Shown in pieces: positions 41,538 through 52,768 of a stretch of DNA of 64,000 nucleotides (positions are counted from its first letter, which is position 1; every line of letters starts with the position of its first letter). Under the pieces are notes generated by a model that saw only the letters and a program-made list of their open reading frames with translations, did no database searches and was not told the origin of the DNA. A program made the translations under genes and the position numbers. The stretch is from an uncultured Chloroflexia bacterium (GTDB lineage: Bacteria > Chloroflexota > Limnocylindria > Limnocylindrales > CSP1-4). The stretch spans positions 259,174 to 323,173 of the forward strand of contig CAWIDI010000003.1 in assembly GCA_963834915.1 (NCBI GenBank), written 5' to 3'.

Positions 41538-42281
41538 TCAGTCCGGCTCGCCGGGCTGGACGATCAGGGGGGCGTCGATGGCGACCGCGAACGAGCGGGC
41601 AAAGACGTCGGCGGCATGCGCGACGCCGTCGATGCACGGGACCGCGGCCCCGTCGCCGAGCTCGCGGGCGATCGAGGTGGAGATCGTGCCGGGCATCCCG
41701 CACGGGTCGATCAGCTCGAAGTCGTCGAGGTCGACCGAGATGTTGAGGGCGATCCCGTGGTAGCTGACGCCGCGCTCGACACGGAGGCCGAGCGCGCCGA
41801 TCTTGCGCGGGGCCGGCCCGTCGGGGTCGCACCAGCAGCCGGGATGGCCGTCACGCCGGGCGGCCGCGACCCCGTGGGCGGCACACGTCTCGACGAGGGC
41901 CGCCTCCAGCGCCCGGACGAACGGCCGCAGCAGGAGCCCTCGCTCGTGCAGCGCGATGATCGGATACGCGACCAGCTGGCCGGGTCCGTGGTAGGTGACC
42001 TCGCCGCCGCGCTCGACCCGGACGACCTCGATGCCGCGCCGCTCCAGCTCCGCCTCGGTGGCGCGGACATGGGACGGGTCGCTGTTGCGCCCGAGGGTCA
42101 GGACGGCGGGGTGTTCGAGCATCAGCAGCTGGTCGCCGATCAGCCCCTCGGCACGCTCGCCGACGAGCCGTTTCTGCAGCGCGTGCGCGGACCGATAGCC
42201 GCGCCGGCCCAGCCAGCGGGCGACCAGCGGCGACGCGGTCGACGAGGGGACGGAGGGTGGGGCGAGGACGGTGGCATCCAC
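41538..42281 (-). CDS. lipB: Lipoyl(octanoyl) transferase
   Basis: LEHPAVLTLG, RGGEVTYHGPGQLVAYP, KIGALG, HGIALN and PCG motifs. Confidence 0.93.
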   Translation of the reverse strand: MDATVLAPPSVPSSTASPLVARWLGRRGYRSAHALQKRLVGERAEGLIGDQLLMLEHPAVLTLGRNSDPSHVRATEAELERRGIEVVRVERGGEVTYHGPGQLVAYPIIALHERGLLLRPFVRALEAALVETCAAHGVAAARRDGHPGCWCDPDGPAPRKIGALGLRVERGVSYHGIALNISVDLDDFELIDPCGMPGTISTSIARELGDGAAVPCIDGVAHAADVFARSFAVAIDAPLIVQPGEPD

Positions 42282-42341
42282 GTCCGCACGATAGCAGGGC
42301 ACACGGTCCGGGCCGTCAGGACGTCTGCGGCCGAGCGGGCG

Positions 42342-43239
42342 TCAGGCCCCGAAGATCCGCTCCATCGCGGACACGATCGCGCGGCCGTCGCGGCCGCCCG
42401 GGTCCTTCTCCGGGTTGTAGCAGGAGATCGACCAGCCCGCGAGCCGCGGATCGCGGGCGACCGGCGAGACGAGCTCGACGAGCTCGTCCCAGTCCAGGCC
42501 GCCGGAGATCAGGTAGTCGGTCGCGGGGAAGACGTCCTGGTCGAGGACGTCGAGGTCGATGTGGAGCCACAGGTGCTCCGACCCGTTGGCGACGTGCTCG
42601 ACGGCGGCCCGTCCGACGGCGCCGGGGCCGGTCGAGCGGATCGTGGCGGCGTCGGCATCGAAGAGCCCGGCCGCGCGCTTGGCCGGCAGCTGGTCCGCGA
42701 TGTCCTCCAGCTCCTCGAGGTCGTGGTAGCCGAGGATGGCGATGGCGCTCGTCGGGGTCACCGGCACCGGCGTGACGCGGTCGACCCATGGCGCGGGGCC
42801 GTCACCGAGCAGGACCGCGATCGGCATGTCCGCGGCCTCGCCCGTCGGCGACGTCACGCCATCGTAGAAGTCGAGGTGGCCGTCGACGTAGACCAGACCG
42901 ATCTGCCCGAGCACGTCCCGCGCGCCCGGCGAGCGTCCCGGGAAGGAGCGCGCAGCAGCCGCCCAGCACGAACGGGCGCTCGCGCGCGCGCACGAGGTCC
43001 GCGACGGCGCCGCGAAGGGTGTCGGTGGTGGACAGCACGCCATCGATGCCGACGAGGCCCGTCGCCGCGTCGCGGTCGTGGTCCGGGATGCGGACATCGA
43101 GGTCGCCGCGGTCCGGCCAGCCGAGACGGTCCAGCCCCGCCCGGCGGACCGCGTCCGGCGACAACTCGGTCCCGTGCGGCTCCGCGCGGCCGAGACCGAC
43201 CGAATCGATCGGGACTCCGATGGTCGTGAAGGTCTGCAC
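42342..43239 (-). CDS. Arginase/ureohydrolase family protein, frameshift near 42925
   Basis: VLGGCC in one frame; VDGHLD and HIDLDVLD in the next. Confidence 0.82.
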
Positions 43240-43244
43240 GCCTC

Positions 43245-45590
43245 CTAGCGTATCGGCGGCCGGCGCCGCCGAGGAACGGTCCCGGCCCGTGCGCCCGCTG
43301 GGACGGCCTGCGCCGTGTCCGCAGGGCGGTAGCCGGAGCGCTCCAACGCCCGGCCGTAGGGATCGCCGACGACGACCGGGGTCGGCTCGGTGCCGGCGAC
43401 GGCCGGGCGGGCCAGGTCACGTGCGGCCGTCATGCGCAGCGCGTCATCGTGCCGACTCGGCGCTGCGGAGGACCCGACGGCAGACGACATCACGACGGCC
43501 GGGCTGCCGCTCGGCCCGCCGGACGTCGGCATGCCGCCCTTCGGGTACGGCTGGACCTGCGCGACCAGGCTGCGCCCGAGCATCCGCAGCAGGACCGCGG
43601 TCAGGGTGTCGGGGTCGTCGTCGAACTCGCCATGCCCACGCGCCGCGGACCGGTCGACGGGGGCCGGCTCGGTGTTCGGGCCGATGACCACGCTGCCCGG
43701 ACCGCCGATGAGGTCCCGGAATGTCCCGGTCGTCCCGCTCGGGAGCCGGACGGGCATCGTCAGGTACTTGGACAGCCCGACCATCGGGACCTCGGCAAGG
43801 GGTCGTCCGTCCGGCCCGCGACCGAACGGTCCGTCCCGCTCGAGCGAGCGCGACACGAGATACAGCAGCGACTTGTGATACAGCGCGACCGGTGGCCCGG
43901 GGCACTGGTCGGCGTCCTCGGCCGAATCGGTCAGGTCGAAGGTCGTGAACCGTCGGAGGCGGCCGTTCCGCAGCGTCGGGATGACCGTCTGGGCGAATTC
44001 GTCGATCGTGATCGCGCCGCCCATGAGCTGCATCGATTCGACCGGCAGCCCCGCCGCGCCCAGCCGGCGCAGCGCCGCGGCAAGCACGACCGAGCCCGCA
44101 CTGTGGCCCACGAGATGGATGTGCAGCTCGCCGGGATGGGCCTTGGAATACGCCGACAGCTGCTCGATCAGCAGCGTGACGCCCGGGTTCGGCCCGGGGT
44201 CGCGACGGTTCCAGTCGATGGACGCCGCCGGCTCCTTGAGCGGGTCGGACGCCATCCGCGCATTGGTCTTCATCTCCTCCCAGAGCGGACCGAAGCGACG
44301 GGCCTTGTTCTCGATGAAGCGGTCGACCCCTTCCCACAGGCCGTCGAGCGGGCCGCCGAACGGCAGCACGTCGGAGATGACGCCCTTGAGGAACGACAGG
44401 ATCGTCGAGATGGCGCCGCTCTCCCAGACGATGTGGACCGGGTAGACGCGGTTGGCGAGCCACCACGAGATCATCCGGTCGGCGACGCGGATGCCGCCGT
44501 CCTCGTCGACGAGGCCCCCGTGCGCGTACAGCACCACGTGGCGCGTCGCGACGCCGGTGTCCTTGATCCAGCGGCCGTGCTGGCTGCTCATCTCGGCCAC
44601 CAGGTCCTTGATCTGGCGCGGGCTCGACTGGACCTTGCCGCCGGCCGACGGGAGCCCGCGGGCCTCGACATCGACGACGTACTTCGGCAGCCGGGCGAGG
44701 TCCGGGCCGACGGTGGAGATCACGCCGTCGCCGGCGGGGACCGTCCATTGCCGCGGGCGGACGAACAGGGTCTGCGGGACGCCTGGCCGCGCGACCCAGG
44801 CGTCGTAGGCGTTGTCGAGCCAGTCCTCGTACGGGAGGGTCGCGTAGCCGTTGTGGCCCCAGCCCGTTCCCCACGAGTTCTGGATGAGGAAGCCGACCTC
44901 GTTGTAGCCGGCGATCAGGAACGCGTGGCCGCCGAGCGGGGACGTCGAGCCGGAGCGGTCGATGACGCTGATGCCCTTGCCGCCATCCTTGGCGTACTCG
45001 CGCGGCGTCTTCCAGCCGTCGTGGATCGCCGCCGAGACGGCGATGGCGTTCAGCTCGCCGACCGCCGACTGGAGGTCGTCGATGCGCTGGACGTTGACCC
45101 GGTAGTAGGCGCCGAGCGGGACATCGGCGCACTCGCGCATGAACGCGGGATCGGTCAGGTCGCGGCCCTTGCTGCGAGGTCCCCAGGTCGCGGTCTGGCA
45201 GACGCCGTGGCGGTGCCAGCCCTTGAACGCGCCGCGCAGCGACGACCCGGCGTCGGCCGTGCCGGGGAACTCGTCGTAGCGGCGGGCGAGGGCGTAGAGC
45301 ATGTAAGGGCTGACCGTCGTGGTCGTCGTCCGCGGGGCGCCGTGCGCCGGGACCTTCGCCGGATCCTCGGCGAGGACCGTGTCGATGAGCCCGGCGACCG
45401 CGTGTCCGGTGCACGAGTTGCCGACCTGGTCGAGGATCGGCACACCGGCCCGCTGGTCGAGCGTCCTGGGCAAGACCTGGAGCCTCGGCCGGTAGATCAG
45501 GTCCCGCTCGTCGAACGGGTCGGGGAGCGCATCGGTCTGGAACGTCCGGGTGCCGATCTTGACTTCGTCGGGGACGTGGCTGCGGGCCAT
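43245..45590 (-). CDS. Papain-like C1 cysteine peptidase fused to an alpha/beta hydrolase
   Basis: DQVGNSCTG (Gln/Cys), GGHA and QNSWG; then YAHGGL, GHSAG and HGEFDDD. Confidence 0.85.
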   Translation of the reverse strand: MARSHVPDEVKIGTRTFQTDALPDPFDERDLIYRPRLQVLPRTLDQRAGVPILDQVGNSCTGHAVAGLIDTVLAEDPAKVPAHGAPRTTTTTVSPYMLYALARRYDEFPGTADAGSSLRGAFKGWHRHGVCQTATWGPRSKGRDLTDPAFMRECADVPLGAYYRVNVQRIDDLQSAVGELNAIAVSAAIHDGWKTPREYAKDGGKGISVIDRSGSTSPLGGHAFLIAGYNEVGFLIQNSWGTGWGHNGYATLPYEDWLDNAYDAWVARPGVPQTLFVRPRQWTVPAGDGVISTVGPDLARLPKYVVDVEARGLPSAGGKVQSSPRQIKDLVAEMSSQHGRWIKDTGVATRHVVLYAHGGLVDEDGGIRVADRMISWWLANRVYPVHIVWESGAISTILSFLKGVISDVLPFGGPLDGLWEGVDRFIENKARRFGPLWEEMKTNARMASDPLKEPAASIDWNRRDPGPNPGVTLLIEQLSAYSKAHPGELHIHLVGHSAGSVVLAAALRRLGAAGLPVESMQLMGGAITIDEFAQTVIPTLRNGRLRRFTTFDLTDSAEDADQCPGPPVALYHKSLLYLVSRSLERDGPFGRGPDGRPLAEVPMVGLSKYLTMPVRLPSGTTGTFRDLIGGPGSVVIGPNTEPAPVDRSAARGHGEFDDDPDTLTAVLLRMLGRSLVAQVQPYPKGGMPTSGGPSGSPAVVMSSAVGSSAAPSRHDDALRMTAARDLARPAVAGTEPTPVVVGDPYGRALERSGYRPADTAQAVPAGARAGTVPRRRRPPIR

Positions 45591-45864
45591 GGGACGGACC
45601 TCCGAGCTGGGAACGAGGTGCCAGTCAGCCTATCGACCCCGCGTCGCGGTGGCGTCGCGGAGGCGTAGCCGTGCAGCATCCTTGCGCGGCCGGCTGGCTA
45701 CCCCGGCATGACGGCTGGACCAGGAAGTTGTCCTAACTCATCTCTTCAGCAGAATGCACTTGACCTGAGTCTTTATCGACGGCACCGTCATGAAGGGCCG
45801 TCGAGGCGGCTCGCTCCGACCCTGGGCACCACCGATCGGCCTGCGGCACCCCGAGGAGACGTCG

Positions 45865-47058
45865 ATGATCCAGTCCGATGGCCTGCGTGTCGCGAACCGG
45901 ATGCAGACGATCGGGACTGAGAGTGCGTTCGAGGTCAGTGCCCGAGCGCGCGCGCTCGAGGCGACCGGGCGCTCGATCATCCATCTACAGATCGGCGAGC
46001 CCGACTTCGATACGCCGGCCCAGGTCCGCGAGGCGGCGAAGCAGGCACTCGATGACGGCGCGACCCACTACGCGCCCTTCGCTGGCATCCCCGCCCTGCG
46101 GAACGCGATCGCCGCGGACGTCGCGTTGCGCAAGGGCGTCACGGTGGACCCGTCACAGGTCTTCGTTACGGTCGGCGGCAAGGGGGTGATGCTGTACGCC
46201 ATCCTCGGCCTGGTCAATCCGGGCGACGAGGTCCTCGTGCCAGATCCCGGCTATCCCATCTACGAGTCGCTGACCCGATTCGTCGGGGCGACGCCCATAC
46301 CCATCCCCATCCGCATGGAGCACGACTTCCGGCTCGACGTGGACGAGCTGGAACATCTGATCACGCCGCGGACCCGGGTGCTGTTCATCAACTCACCGGC
46401 CAACCCGACTGGTGGGGTGCTCACCCGGGAGGACCTCACGCGCATCGCAGTCCTGGCCGTCGAGCACGACCTGTGGGTCGTTAGCGACGAGATCTACGGG
46501 CGGATCCTGTACGACGGCCACGAGCACGTCTCGATCGCGTCGCTGCCGGGGATGGCCGATCGGACGATCATCCTTGACGGCTTCTCGAAGACGTTCGCGA
46601 TGACCGGCTGGCGGCTCGGCTACGCCGTCGTCCCACCGTCTCTCGTCGCGACGTACGGCCAGCTCGTCATCAACACCATCTCGTGCGCGCCGACCTTCGC
46701 GCAGATCGGCGCGGTCGTCGCCCTCACCGGGCCGCAGGACGACGTCGAGATGATGGTCGACGAGTTCAAGGCACGGCGCGACCTCGTGGTCGACGGGCTC
46801 AATGCGATCCCGGGCATCCGTTGTGCGCAGCCGGTCGGGGCGTTCTACGTCTTCCCGTCGATCGCCGGGACGAGTCTGTCGGGGCAGGAGCTTGCCGACC
46901 GTCTGCTCCAAGAGGTGGGCGTCTGCGTGCTGCCGGGCACGGCATTCGGCGGCATCGGCACCGAGCACATCCGCATCTCGTATGCAAACTCGCGTGAGAA
47001 CCTGACCGAGGCACTCCGACGGATCGACGCGTTCGTCGGTGGACTGTCCCGTGGGTAA
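45865..47058 (+). CDS. Class I/II PLP aminotransferase (aspartate aminotransferase-like)
   Basis: [18 protein letters not shown] and [14 protein letters not shown] motifs. Confidence 0.92.
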   Translation: MIQSDGLRVANRMQTIGTESAFEVSARARALEATGRSIIHLQIGEPDFDTPAQVREAAKQALDDGATHYAPFAGIPALRNAIAADVALRKGVTVDPSQVFVTVGGKGVMLYAILGLVNPGDEVLVPDPGYPIYESLTRFVGATPIPIPIRMEHDFRLDVDELEHLITPRTRVLFINSPANPTGGVLTREDLTRIAVLAVEHDLWVVSDEIYGRILYDGHEHVSIASLPGMADRTIILDGFSKTFAMTGWRLGYAVVPPSLVATYGQLVINTISCAPTFAQIGAVVALTGPQDDVEMMVDEFKARRDLVVDGLNAIPGIRCAQPVGAFYVFPSIAGTSLSGQELADRLLQEVGVCVLPGTAFGGIGTEHIRISYANSRENLTEALRRIDAFVGGLSRG

Positions 47059-48040
47059 CGCCGACCGTCCACGCGTATTCATCGCCCGGATCATCCCGGA
47101 CGAAGGTCTCGAGGCCGCACGAGCCGCCTGCGACGTCGATCTCTGGGACGATCCGCTGCCGCCACCGCGGGACCAGCTCCTGCGCCGGGTCGCCGGTTGC
47201 GATGGGGTGCTGACACTGCTCACGGACCGGGTCGATGAGGACTTCCTCGACGCCGCCGGACCGCAGCTCAAGGTCGTGAGCAACTACGCGGTTGGCTTTG
47301 ACAACATCGACGTCGACGCATGTGCGCGGCGTGGGGTTGCGGTCGGCAACACGCCTGGCGTCCTGACCGACACGACCGCCGACCTCGCGTTCGCCTTGCT
47401 CATGGCGGCTGCTCGCCGACTGCCTGAAGGCGACCGTTACGTGCGCGATGGCCAGTGGGAGACGTGGGGTCCCCTCCTGATGCTTGGCCCCGATGTCCAC
47501 CACTCGACGATCGGGATCGTCGGCTTCGGGCGGATCGGTCAGGCGGTCGCGCAGCGCGCGGCCGGGTTCGGCATGCAAGTCCTGTACCACGATGTGCAGG
47601 AGCTCCCGAGGAACGTCACCGAGCCGCTCGGTGCGTCCTACGTGTCCCTCGAGGCTCTTCTCGCCAGGAGTGACTTCGTCTCGCTGCACGTCAACTTGTC
47701 ACCCGAGACGCGGCACCTGATCAACGCCGGGACGCTGTCTCGGATGAAACGGACGGCCGTCCTGGTGAACACGTCTCGCGGGCCGGTCGTCGACCATGTC
47801 GCCCTCGCTGACGCACTGAAGGACGGGACCATCTGGGCGGCGGCGCTTGACGTGACCGACCCGGAGCCGATCCCCGCAGACCACCCGCTCGTCGGACTGC
47901 CGAACTGCCTGATCGTGCCGCACATCGCGTCGGCATCGCGCGCGACCCGCGGTCGGATGTCCTCGATGGCGGCCGCCAACCTGGTCGCCGGTGTCCAAGG
48001 TCGCCCGCTGCCAACCCCGGTCATCGAGGGCGGGGCGTAG
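47051..48040 (+). CDS. D-2-hydroxyacid dehydrogenase (glyoxylate reductase / D-glycerate dehydrogenase)
   Basis: [31 protein letters not shown] and PHIAS motifs. Confidence 0.9.
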   Translation: MGNADRPRVFIARIIPDEGLEAARAACDVDLWDDPLPPPRDQLLRRVAGCDGVLTLLTDRVDEDFLDAAGPQLKVVSNYAVGFDNIDVDACARRGVAVGNTPGVLTDTTADLAFALLMAAARRLPEGDRYVRDGQWETWGPLLMLGPDVHHSTIGIVGFGRIGQAVAQRAAGFGMQVLYHDVQELPRNVTEPLGASYVSLEALLARSDFVSLHVNLSPETRHLINAGTLSRMKRTAVLVNTSRGPVVDHVALADALKDGTIWAAALDVTDPEPIPADHPLVGLPNCLIVPHIASASRATRGRMSSMAAANLVAGVQGRPLPTPVIEGGA

Positions 48041-48221
48041 CGACGGGCACGTCGCGGTCCGACCGGCGAGGCGGAGGACCGCTCGATCCGCGCGCGCCTC
48101 GACGGCCTGCGCACGGCGAGCGGTCGGGGCTCTGCCCAGTGCTCAGAGCTGCCGCACCGTAAGTGCTGGATGTGCTCACGTAGCGGTGACGGGCAGCTGT
48201 CGCCCGAGCGCTTCGCTCAGT

Positions 48222-49700
48222 TCAGGAGGCCTCGCGCAGCCGGATCCACACTGTCTTCGTCTCCTGATACTGGTCATGAGCCGAAAGGGATTTGTCTCGG
48301 CCGCCGAAGCCGGACTGCCGATAGCCCCCGAACGGCGTTCCCGCGTCGCCTTCGGAGTAGCAGTTGACGCTGACGGTGCCTGCCCGGATGCGGCGCGCCA
48401 TCCGATGCGCCCGGCTCAGATCGTCGGTGTACAGCGATGCCGCGAGGCCATACGGCGAGTCGTTCGCGATGCGGATCGCCTCGTCCTCAGTACTGAAATC
48501 GATGACGGAGAGCACCGGCCCGAAGATCTCCTCCTGGGCGATCCGCATGTCATTCGTCACGCCGTCCAGCACGGTCGGCTCGACGAACCATCCGCCGGAT
48601 GACTCGCGCACGCGACGTCCCCCTGCGACCAAACGGGCGCCAGCCGCCCGCCCGACCCCGATGTAGTCCAGGACACGCTCCATGTGCGGCAAGGAGATCA
48701 GCGCGCCGATCCTGGTTTCCGGATCCATGGGGTCGCCAACGATCCAATCCCCGCGGATGATCGTGACAAGGCGCTCGAGCAGGGCGTCCTTCTGGTCGCG
48801 GTGGACGATCAAACGAGCACCGGCAGAGCAGTTCTCACCCATGTTCCAGAAGATCGCGTTGGCGACATGCGCGACGATGTCATCCAGGTCGGCCACGTCA
48901 TCCATGACCACCTGAGGACTCTTGCCACCCATCTCCAAGCTGATCCGCTTCAGATTCGATTCAGCCGAGTAGTGGAGGAAGCGACGTCCGACCTCGGCCG
49001 ATCCAGTGAACGCGACCATGTCGACGTCGTCGTGTCGTCCGAGCGCCTGGCCGACCTCGTCTCCGGTCCCGGTGACGACGTTGATGACACCTGCCGGTAA
49101 GCCCGCCTCGGACGCCAGCTCCGCGATCCGCAGGAGGCTCAACGATGTGTAGCTCGCGGGCTTGATCACGATGGCGTTGCCGGTGGCCAGGGCTGGACCG
49201 AGCTTCCAAGCGGCCATCAGTGCGGGGTAGTTCCATGGGATGACGGCGCCGACGACACCGATCGGCTCGCGCCGGATCATGGCCATCGCGTCGTCCGCCG
49301 TGGGCGCGATAGCGTCGTAGATCTTGTCGATGGCCTCCGCGTGCCACCGGATCGTGTTGGCGGTCTCCGGGATGTCGATGGTTCGGCAATCCTGCACAGG
49401 CTTGCCGGAGTCAAGACTCTCGGTGATCGCGAGTTCTTCGGTGTGCGCGTCGATGGCGTCCGCGACCGCGATCAGCACCTGCTTCCGCTCGACCGGGCTG
49501 AACGACTTCCAGGGACCATTCGACACGGCTTTGCGCGCTGCCCGCACCGCCCGGTCGACGTCGGCCGCGCCGCCGGCGGCGATGTCGGTCACGCGCCGAC
49601 CGGTCGAGGGGTCGAAGGTTGGGAGCGTGGCGCCGGATTCGGCGTTCACGAAGGCCCCTTCGATGAACATCCGCGTCCGGAGCTCGATGTCGACGCTCAT
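48222..49700 (-). CDS. NAD-dependent aldehyde dehydrogenase (PuuC-like)
   Basis: [30 protein letters not shown] and PFGGYRQSG motifs. Confidence 0.92.
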   Translation of the reverse strand: MSVDIELRTRMFIEGAFVNAESGATLPTFDPSTGRRVTDIAAGGAADVDRAVRAARKAVSNGPWKSFSPVERKQVLIAVADAIDAHTEELAITESLDSGKPVQDCRTIDIPETANTIRWHAEAIDKIYDAIAPTADDAMAMIRREPIGVVGAVIPWNYPALMAAWKLGPALATGNAIVIKPASYTSLSLLRIAELASEAGLPAGVINVVTGTGDEVGQALGRHDDVDMVAFTGSAEVGRRFLHYSAESNLKRISLEMGGKSPQVVMDDVADLDDIVAHVANAIFWNMGENCSAGARLIVHRDQKDALLERLVTIIRGDWIVGDPMDPETRIGALISLPHMERVLDYIGVGRAAGARLVAGGRRVRESSGGWFVEPTVLDGVTNDMRIAQEEIFGPVLSVIDFSTEDEAIRIANDSPYGLAASLYTDDLSRAHRMARRIRAGTVSVNCYSEGDAGTPFGGYRQSGFGGRDKSLSAHDQYQETKTVWIRLREAS

Positions 49701-49933
49701 GCCGATTCGTCGATCACGGCGATGACGTCGCCGACCGCGACGACATCGCCGACCTCGGCGCGTCGCTCGGTCAGCACACCGCTCGTCGGCGCTTCGACCG
49801 CGGTGCTCACCTTGTCCGTCTCGACCTCGACCAATTCGTCACCCTTGTCGACCGGATCACCGACGGCCTTGAGCCATCCTGTGACGGTCGCTTCCTGCAT
49901 TGTCATGCCCCATTTGGGCAGGATCACGTCCAT
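49697..49933 (-). CDS. Stand-alone lipoyl-carrier domain
   Basis: LPKWGMTMQEA and EVETDKV lipoyl-lysine motif; 78 aa. Confidence 0.88.
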   Translation of the reverse strand: MDVILPKWGMTMQEATVTGWLKAVGDPVDKGDELVEVETDKVSTAVEAPTSGVLTERRAEVGDVVAVGDVIAVIDESA

Positions 49934-49946
49934 GACTACAGCACCC

Positions 49947-50642
49947 TCACCCTTGCATCAGCTGCGTAACGGCTTCGACGCCTTCAAGGGAATCACCGAG
50001 GGCCCGCAGGAATCGAGCGGCAGCGGCACCGTCGACCACTCGGTGGTCACTGGTCAGACAGAGCGTGACGCTCGGCGCCGTTGACACGACCCCGCCGCTC
50101 GCCCGGACACGCTCAGCGATGCGACCGACCGCGAGGATCCCGGCACTGGGAGGCACCAGCATGGCCGAGAAGGAGTCGATTCCGAGTGGCCCGAGGTTCG
50201 AGATCACGAATGTCGCGTCCGACATCTCCTCGGGACGCAATCGACCTTGGCCCGCAGCCTCCGTGAGCCGAACGCGCTCCACGCGGAACTCCTCGACCGA
50301 ACGTTGGTCAGCGTCGCGCACCACGACGACGATGAGACCCCTTGGCCCGTCGAGCGCCAAGCCGATGTGGACGTCATGGTGCCGGACGATCGCATCCCCG
50401 TCGAAGGATGCGTTGGACCCGGGGTGTCGGCGCAGCTGGCGGGCGACCGCCACCGCGAGGATGTCGGTGTACGACGGCCTGTCCGACCGCGACTCCCGGA
50501 GCCGTGCGACGGCTGAGAGATCGACGTCCAGGAAGACCGGGTATTGGGGGATCGACGCACTCAGGGTGGTCATCGTGACGACCGCCTGCCGGTGGCGCGA
50601 CAATCCGACTCGCTCGTCGAGGTCAGGACTTTCCACGGTCAC
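49947..50642 (-). CDS. 2-oxoacid dehydrogenase E2 catalytic domain only
   Basis: ATFVISNLG, ILAVG and DHRVVDG motifs; no lipoyl or E3-binding domain. Confidence 0.85.
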   Translation of the reverse strand: MTVESPDLDERVGLSRHRQAVVTMTTLSASIPQYPVFLDVDLSAVARLRESRSDRPSYTDILAVAVARQLRRHPGSNASFDGDAIVRHHDVHIGLALDGPRGLIVVVVRDADQRSVEEFRVERVRLTEAAGQGRLRPEEMSDATFVISNLGPLGIDSFSAMLVPPSAGILAVGRIAERVRASGGVVSTAPSVTLCLTSDHRVVDGAAAARFLRALGDSLEGVEAVTQLMQG

Positions 50643-51650
50643 TCAGGTAGCCGCGACGCCGACGGGCGTCGAGCGGGCATCGACCCCGAGCGTATCGAGG
50701 ATCGCCGCCCGCAGCTTCTCAGGGGAGACCAGCATCGCCGCTTCGAGCGGCGGGCTGAACGGCACAGGGACATCCTCCCAGGTGACGCGTCGGGGGGCCG
50801 CCTTCAGCGTCCCCCACTCGAGCTCGGCAGCGCGAGCGACGATCTCGCCGGCTGCGCCGCACGTCCGGCGAGCGTGGTCTGCCACGACGAGTCGTCCCGT
50901 CTTCCGGATTGACGCCGCGATCGCAGGCCAATCGAGTGGGGTTAGGGTCCGGGGGTCGACGACCTCGACGGAGTAGCCCTCACTCTCGAGTTCCTTGGCG
51001 AGATCGAGCGCCATCAGGACCAGGGGCCCGACAGCGACGACGGTGACATCGGTACCTTCGCGCTTCACGTCGGCCGACCCGAGCGGGATCTCGAATCGGT
51101 CCTCCGGGACCGGTCCCTTCTGCCCAGCGAGTGACAGGTCAACGAAGTAGATGACCGGGTTGGGGTCGCGCACGCTCGCTGCCATCAGGCCCTTCGCGTC
51201 GTACGGCGTACTCGGGTACACGACCTTGAGGCCAGACAGATGCATGAGCAGTGCATGCGGGGTCTCGGAGTGCTGCGCCGCGAGCGACCCTCCGGGACCG
51301 GAACCGGCCATGAAGACGGCCGGCAACTCGAACTGGCCGCCAGACATGTACCGCAATCGTGCAGCCTGATTCCCGAGCTGGTCCATCGTCAGATACATGA
51401 AGCTGGAGAACATCATGTCGAAGACGGGTCGAAGGCCACAGGCGGCGGCGCCGACCGACGCGCCGACGAGGACCTGCTCGGAGATCGGAGTGTTTCGCAC
51501 ACGGTCGGCGCCGAACCGGTCATATAGGCCCTTGGTGCCACCGATCGGCCCGACGACGACGTCCTCACCGATGACGATGACGGTCTCGTCGCGCTCCATC
51601 TCGTGGGCGAGCGCCTCCGAGATCGCCTTCGTGAAGTAGGTTTCGCGCAT
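50643..51650 (-). CDS. TPP-dependent dehydrogenase E1 beta (AcoB-like)
   Basis: IGEDV, NTPISE, AAQHS and VVDPRTL motifs. Confidence 0.9.
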   Translation of the reverse strand: MRETYFTKAISEALAHEMERDETVIVIGEDVVVGPIGGTKGLYDRFGADRVRNTPISEQVLVGASVGAAACGLRPVFDMMFSSFMYLTMDQLGNQAARLRYMSGGQFELPAVFMAGSGPGGSLAAQHSETPHALLMHLSGLKVVYPSTPYDAKGLMAASVRDPNPVIYFVDLSLAGQKGPVPEDRFEIPLGSADVKREGTDVTVVAVGPLVLMALDLAKELESEGYSVEVVDPRTLTPLDWPAIAASIRKTGRLVVADHARRTCGAAGEIVARAAELEWGTLKAAPRRVTWEDVPVPFSPPLEAAMLVSPEKLRAAILDTLGVDARSTPVGVAAT

Positions 51651-51661
51651 CTGATGTCCCC

Positions 51662-52660
51662 TTACGCAGCGGTTGGCGCGAACAGGTCGTCGGTGACCTC
51701 GCGGGGGTCCGGGAACGCACTTGCGTCGGCGAACTCCACAGCCGCGTCGACGCGAGACTGTTCTTCCTGGATGATCGATTCGAATGTCTCGTCCTCCACC
51801 GATCCCTCGGCGGCGAGGTAGCTCCGGATCGCGGCGATGGGATCACGAGCCATCCACGCCTGGACCTCGTCAGCCGGCCGCTTGGGAGCGCCGAAGGCCT
51901 CCTCGCCGTCCTCGTGGCCGCGGTGGCGGTACGTCACGGCTTCAATGAGCGTGGGGCCTTCCCCAGCGCGCGCCCGCGCCACGGCTTCGGCCATGACTGC
52001 TCTCATGGCCCGAACATCATTCCCATCGACCCGGGCGCCCGGGATCCCAAATGGCTCGCCGCGATCACAGATCCGCCCGGCCGTCACCTGCTCGCTCGGC
52101 ATCCATTCGTTGTACTGGTTGTTCTCGCAGATGAAGATGACGGGGAGACGCCAGATGGCGCTCAGATTCAAGGACTCCATCAGCACGCCCTGGTTGGCTG
52201 CGCCGTCCCCGAACAGGCTCACCGAGACGTTGTCCCGTCCAAGCACCTGATCGGACAACGCCGAACCGACGGCGATCGCGATCCCGCCACCGACGATCCC
52301 GTTCGCGCCGAGGATCCCGAGCGGCACGTCGCAGATGTGCATCGACCCGCCCTTGCCCTTGCAGTAACCGGTGACCCGGCCGAACAGCTCGGCCATCATG
52401 CGGTCGAGGTCCGCACCCTTGGCGATCACGTGACCGTGCCCGCGATGCGTGCTGGTGATGCGATCGCCTGTCCGCAGGACCGAACAAGCCCCGACGGCGA
52501 CGGCCTCCTCGCCGATGTAGAGGTGCGCCGACCCGGGGATCTTGCCGAGTGGCCGAAGCGCTTCAAGCTTCTCTTCGAACAACCGGATCCTCGTCATCAT
52601 GCGGAAGCAGGTCAGTAAGTCATCGCGATCGGCGATCACGCCCTCAGCGATCATCAGCAT
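51662..52660 (-). CDS. TPP-dependent dehydrogenase E1 alpha (AcoA-like)
   Basis: HLYIGEEA, STHRGHGH, GKGGSMH and TPP motif GDGA...ENN. Confidence 0.9.
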   Translation of the reverse strand: MLMIAEGVIADRDDLLTCFRMMTRIRLFEEKLEALRPLGKIPGSAHLYIGEEAVAVGACSVLRTGDRITSTHRGHGHVIAKGADLDRMMAELFGRVTGYCKGKGGSMHICDVPLGILGANGIVGGGIAIAVGSALSDQVLGRDNVSVSLFGDGAANQGVLMESLNLSAIWRLPVIFICENNQYNEWMPSEQVTAGRICDRGEPFGIPGARVDGNDVRAMRAVMAEAVARARAGEGPTLIEAVTYRHRGHEDGEEAFGAPKRPADEVQAWMARDPIAAIRSYLAAEGSVEDETFESIIQEEQSRVDAAVEFADASAFPDPREVTDDLFAPTAA

Positions 52661-52768
52661 GTCTCCTTCCTCGGTCCCGTCGCATCTCGATCGATGCGGG
52701 ATCGCCCTCGGCGACTTCGGCTCGCCGACCCGCGCAGGTACAGGCATGGACCCCCGAGCGCCGCATCG

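Noticed and set aside
45590-45800. tRNA or att site at the island boundary
   Set aside because: No cloverleaf or flanking direct repeat seen.
45690-45864. Riboswitch or ncRNA upstream of the aminotransferase
   Set aside because: A TCGACGGC/GCCGTCGA stem exists, but I recognise no aptamer consensus; an Rfam scan would be needed.
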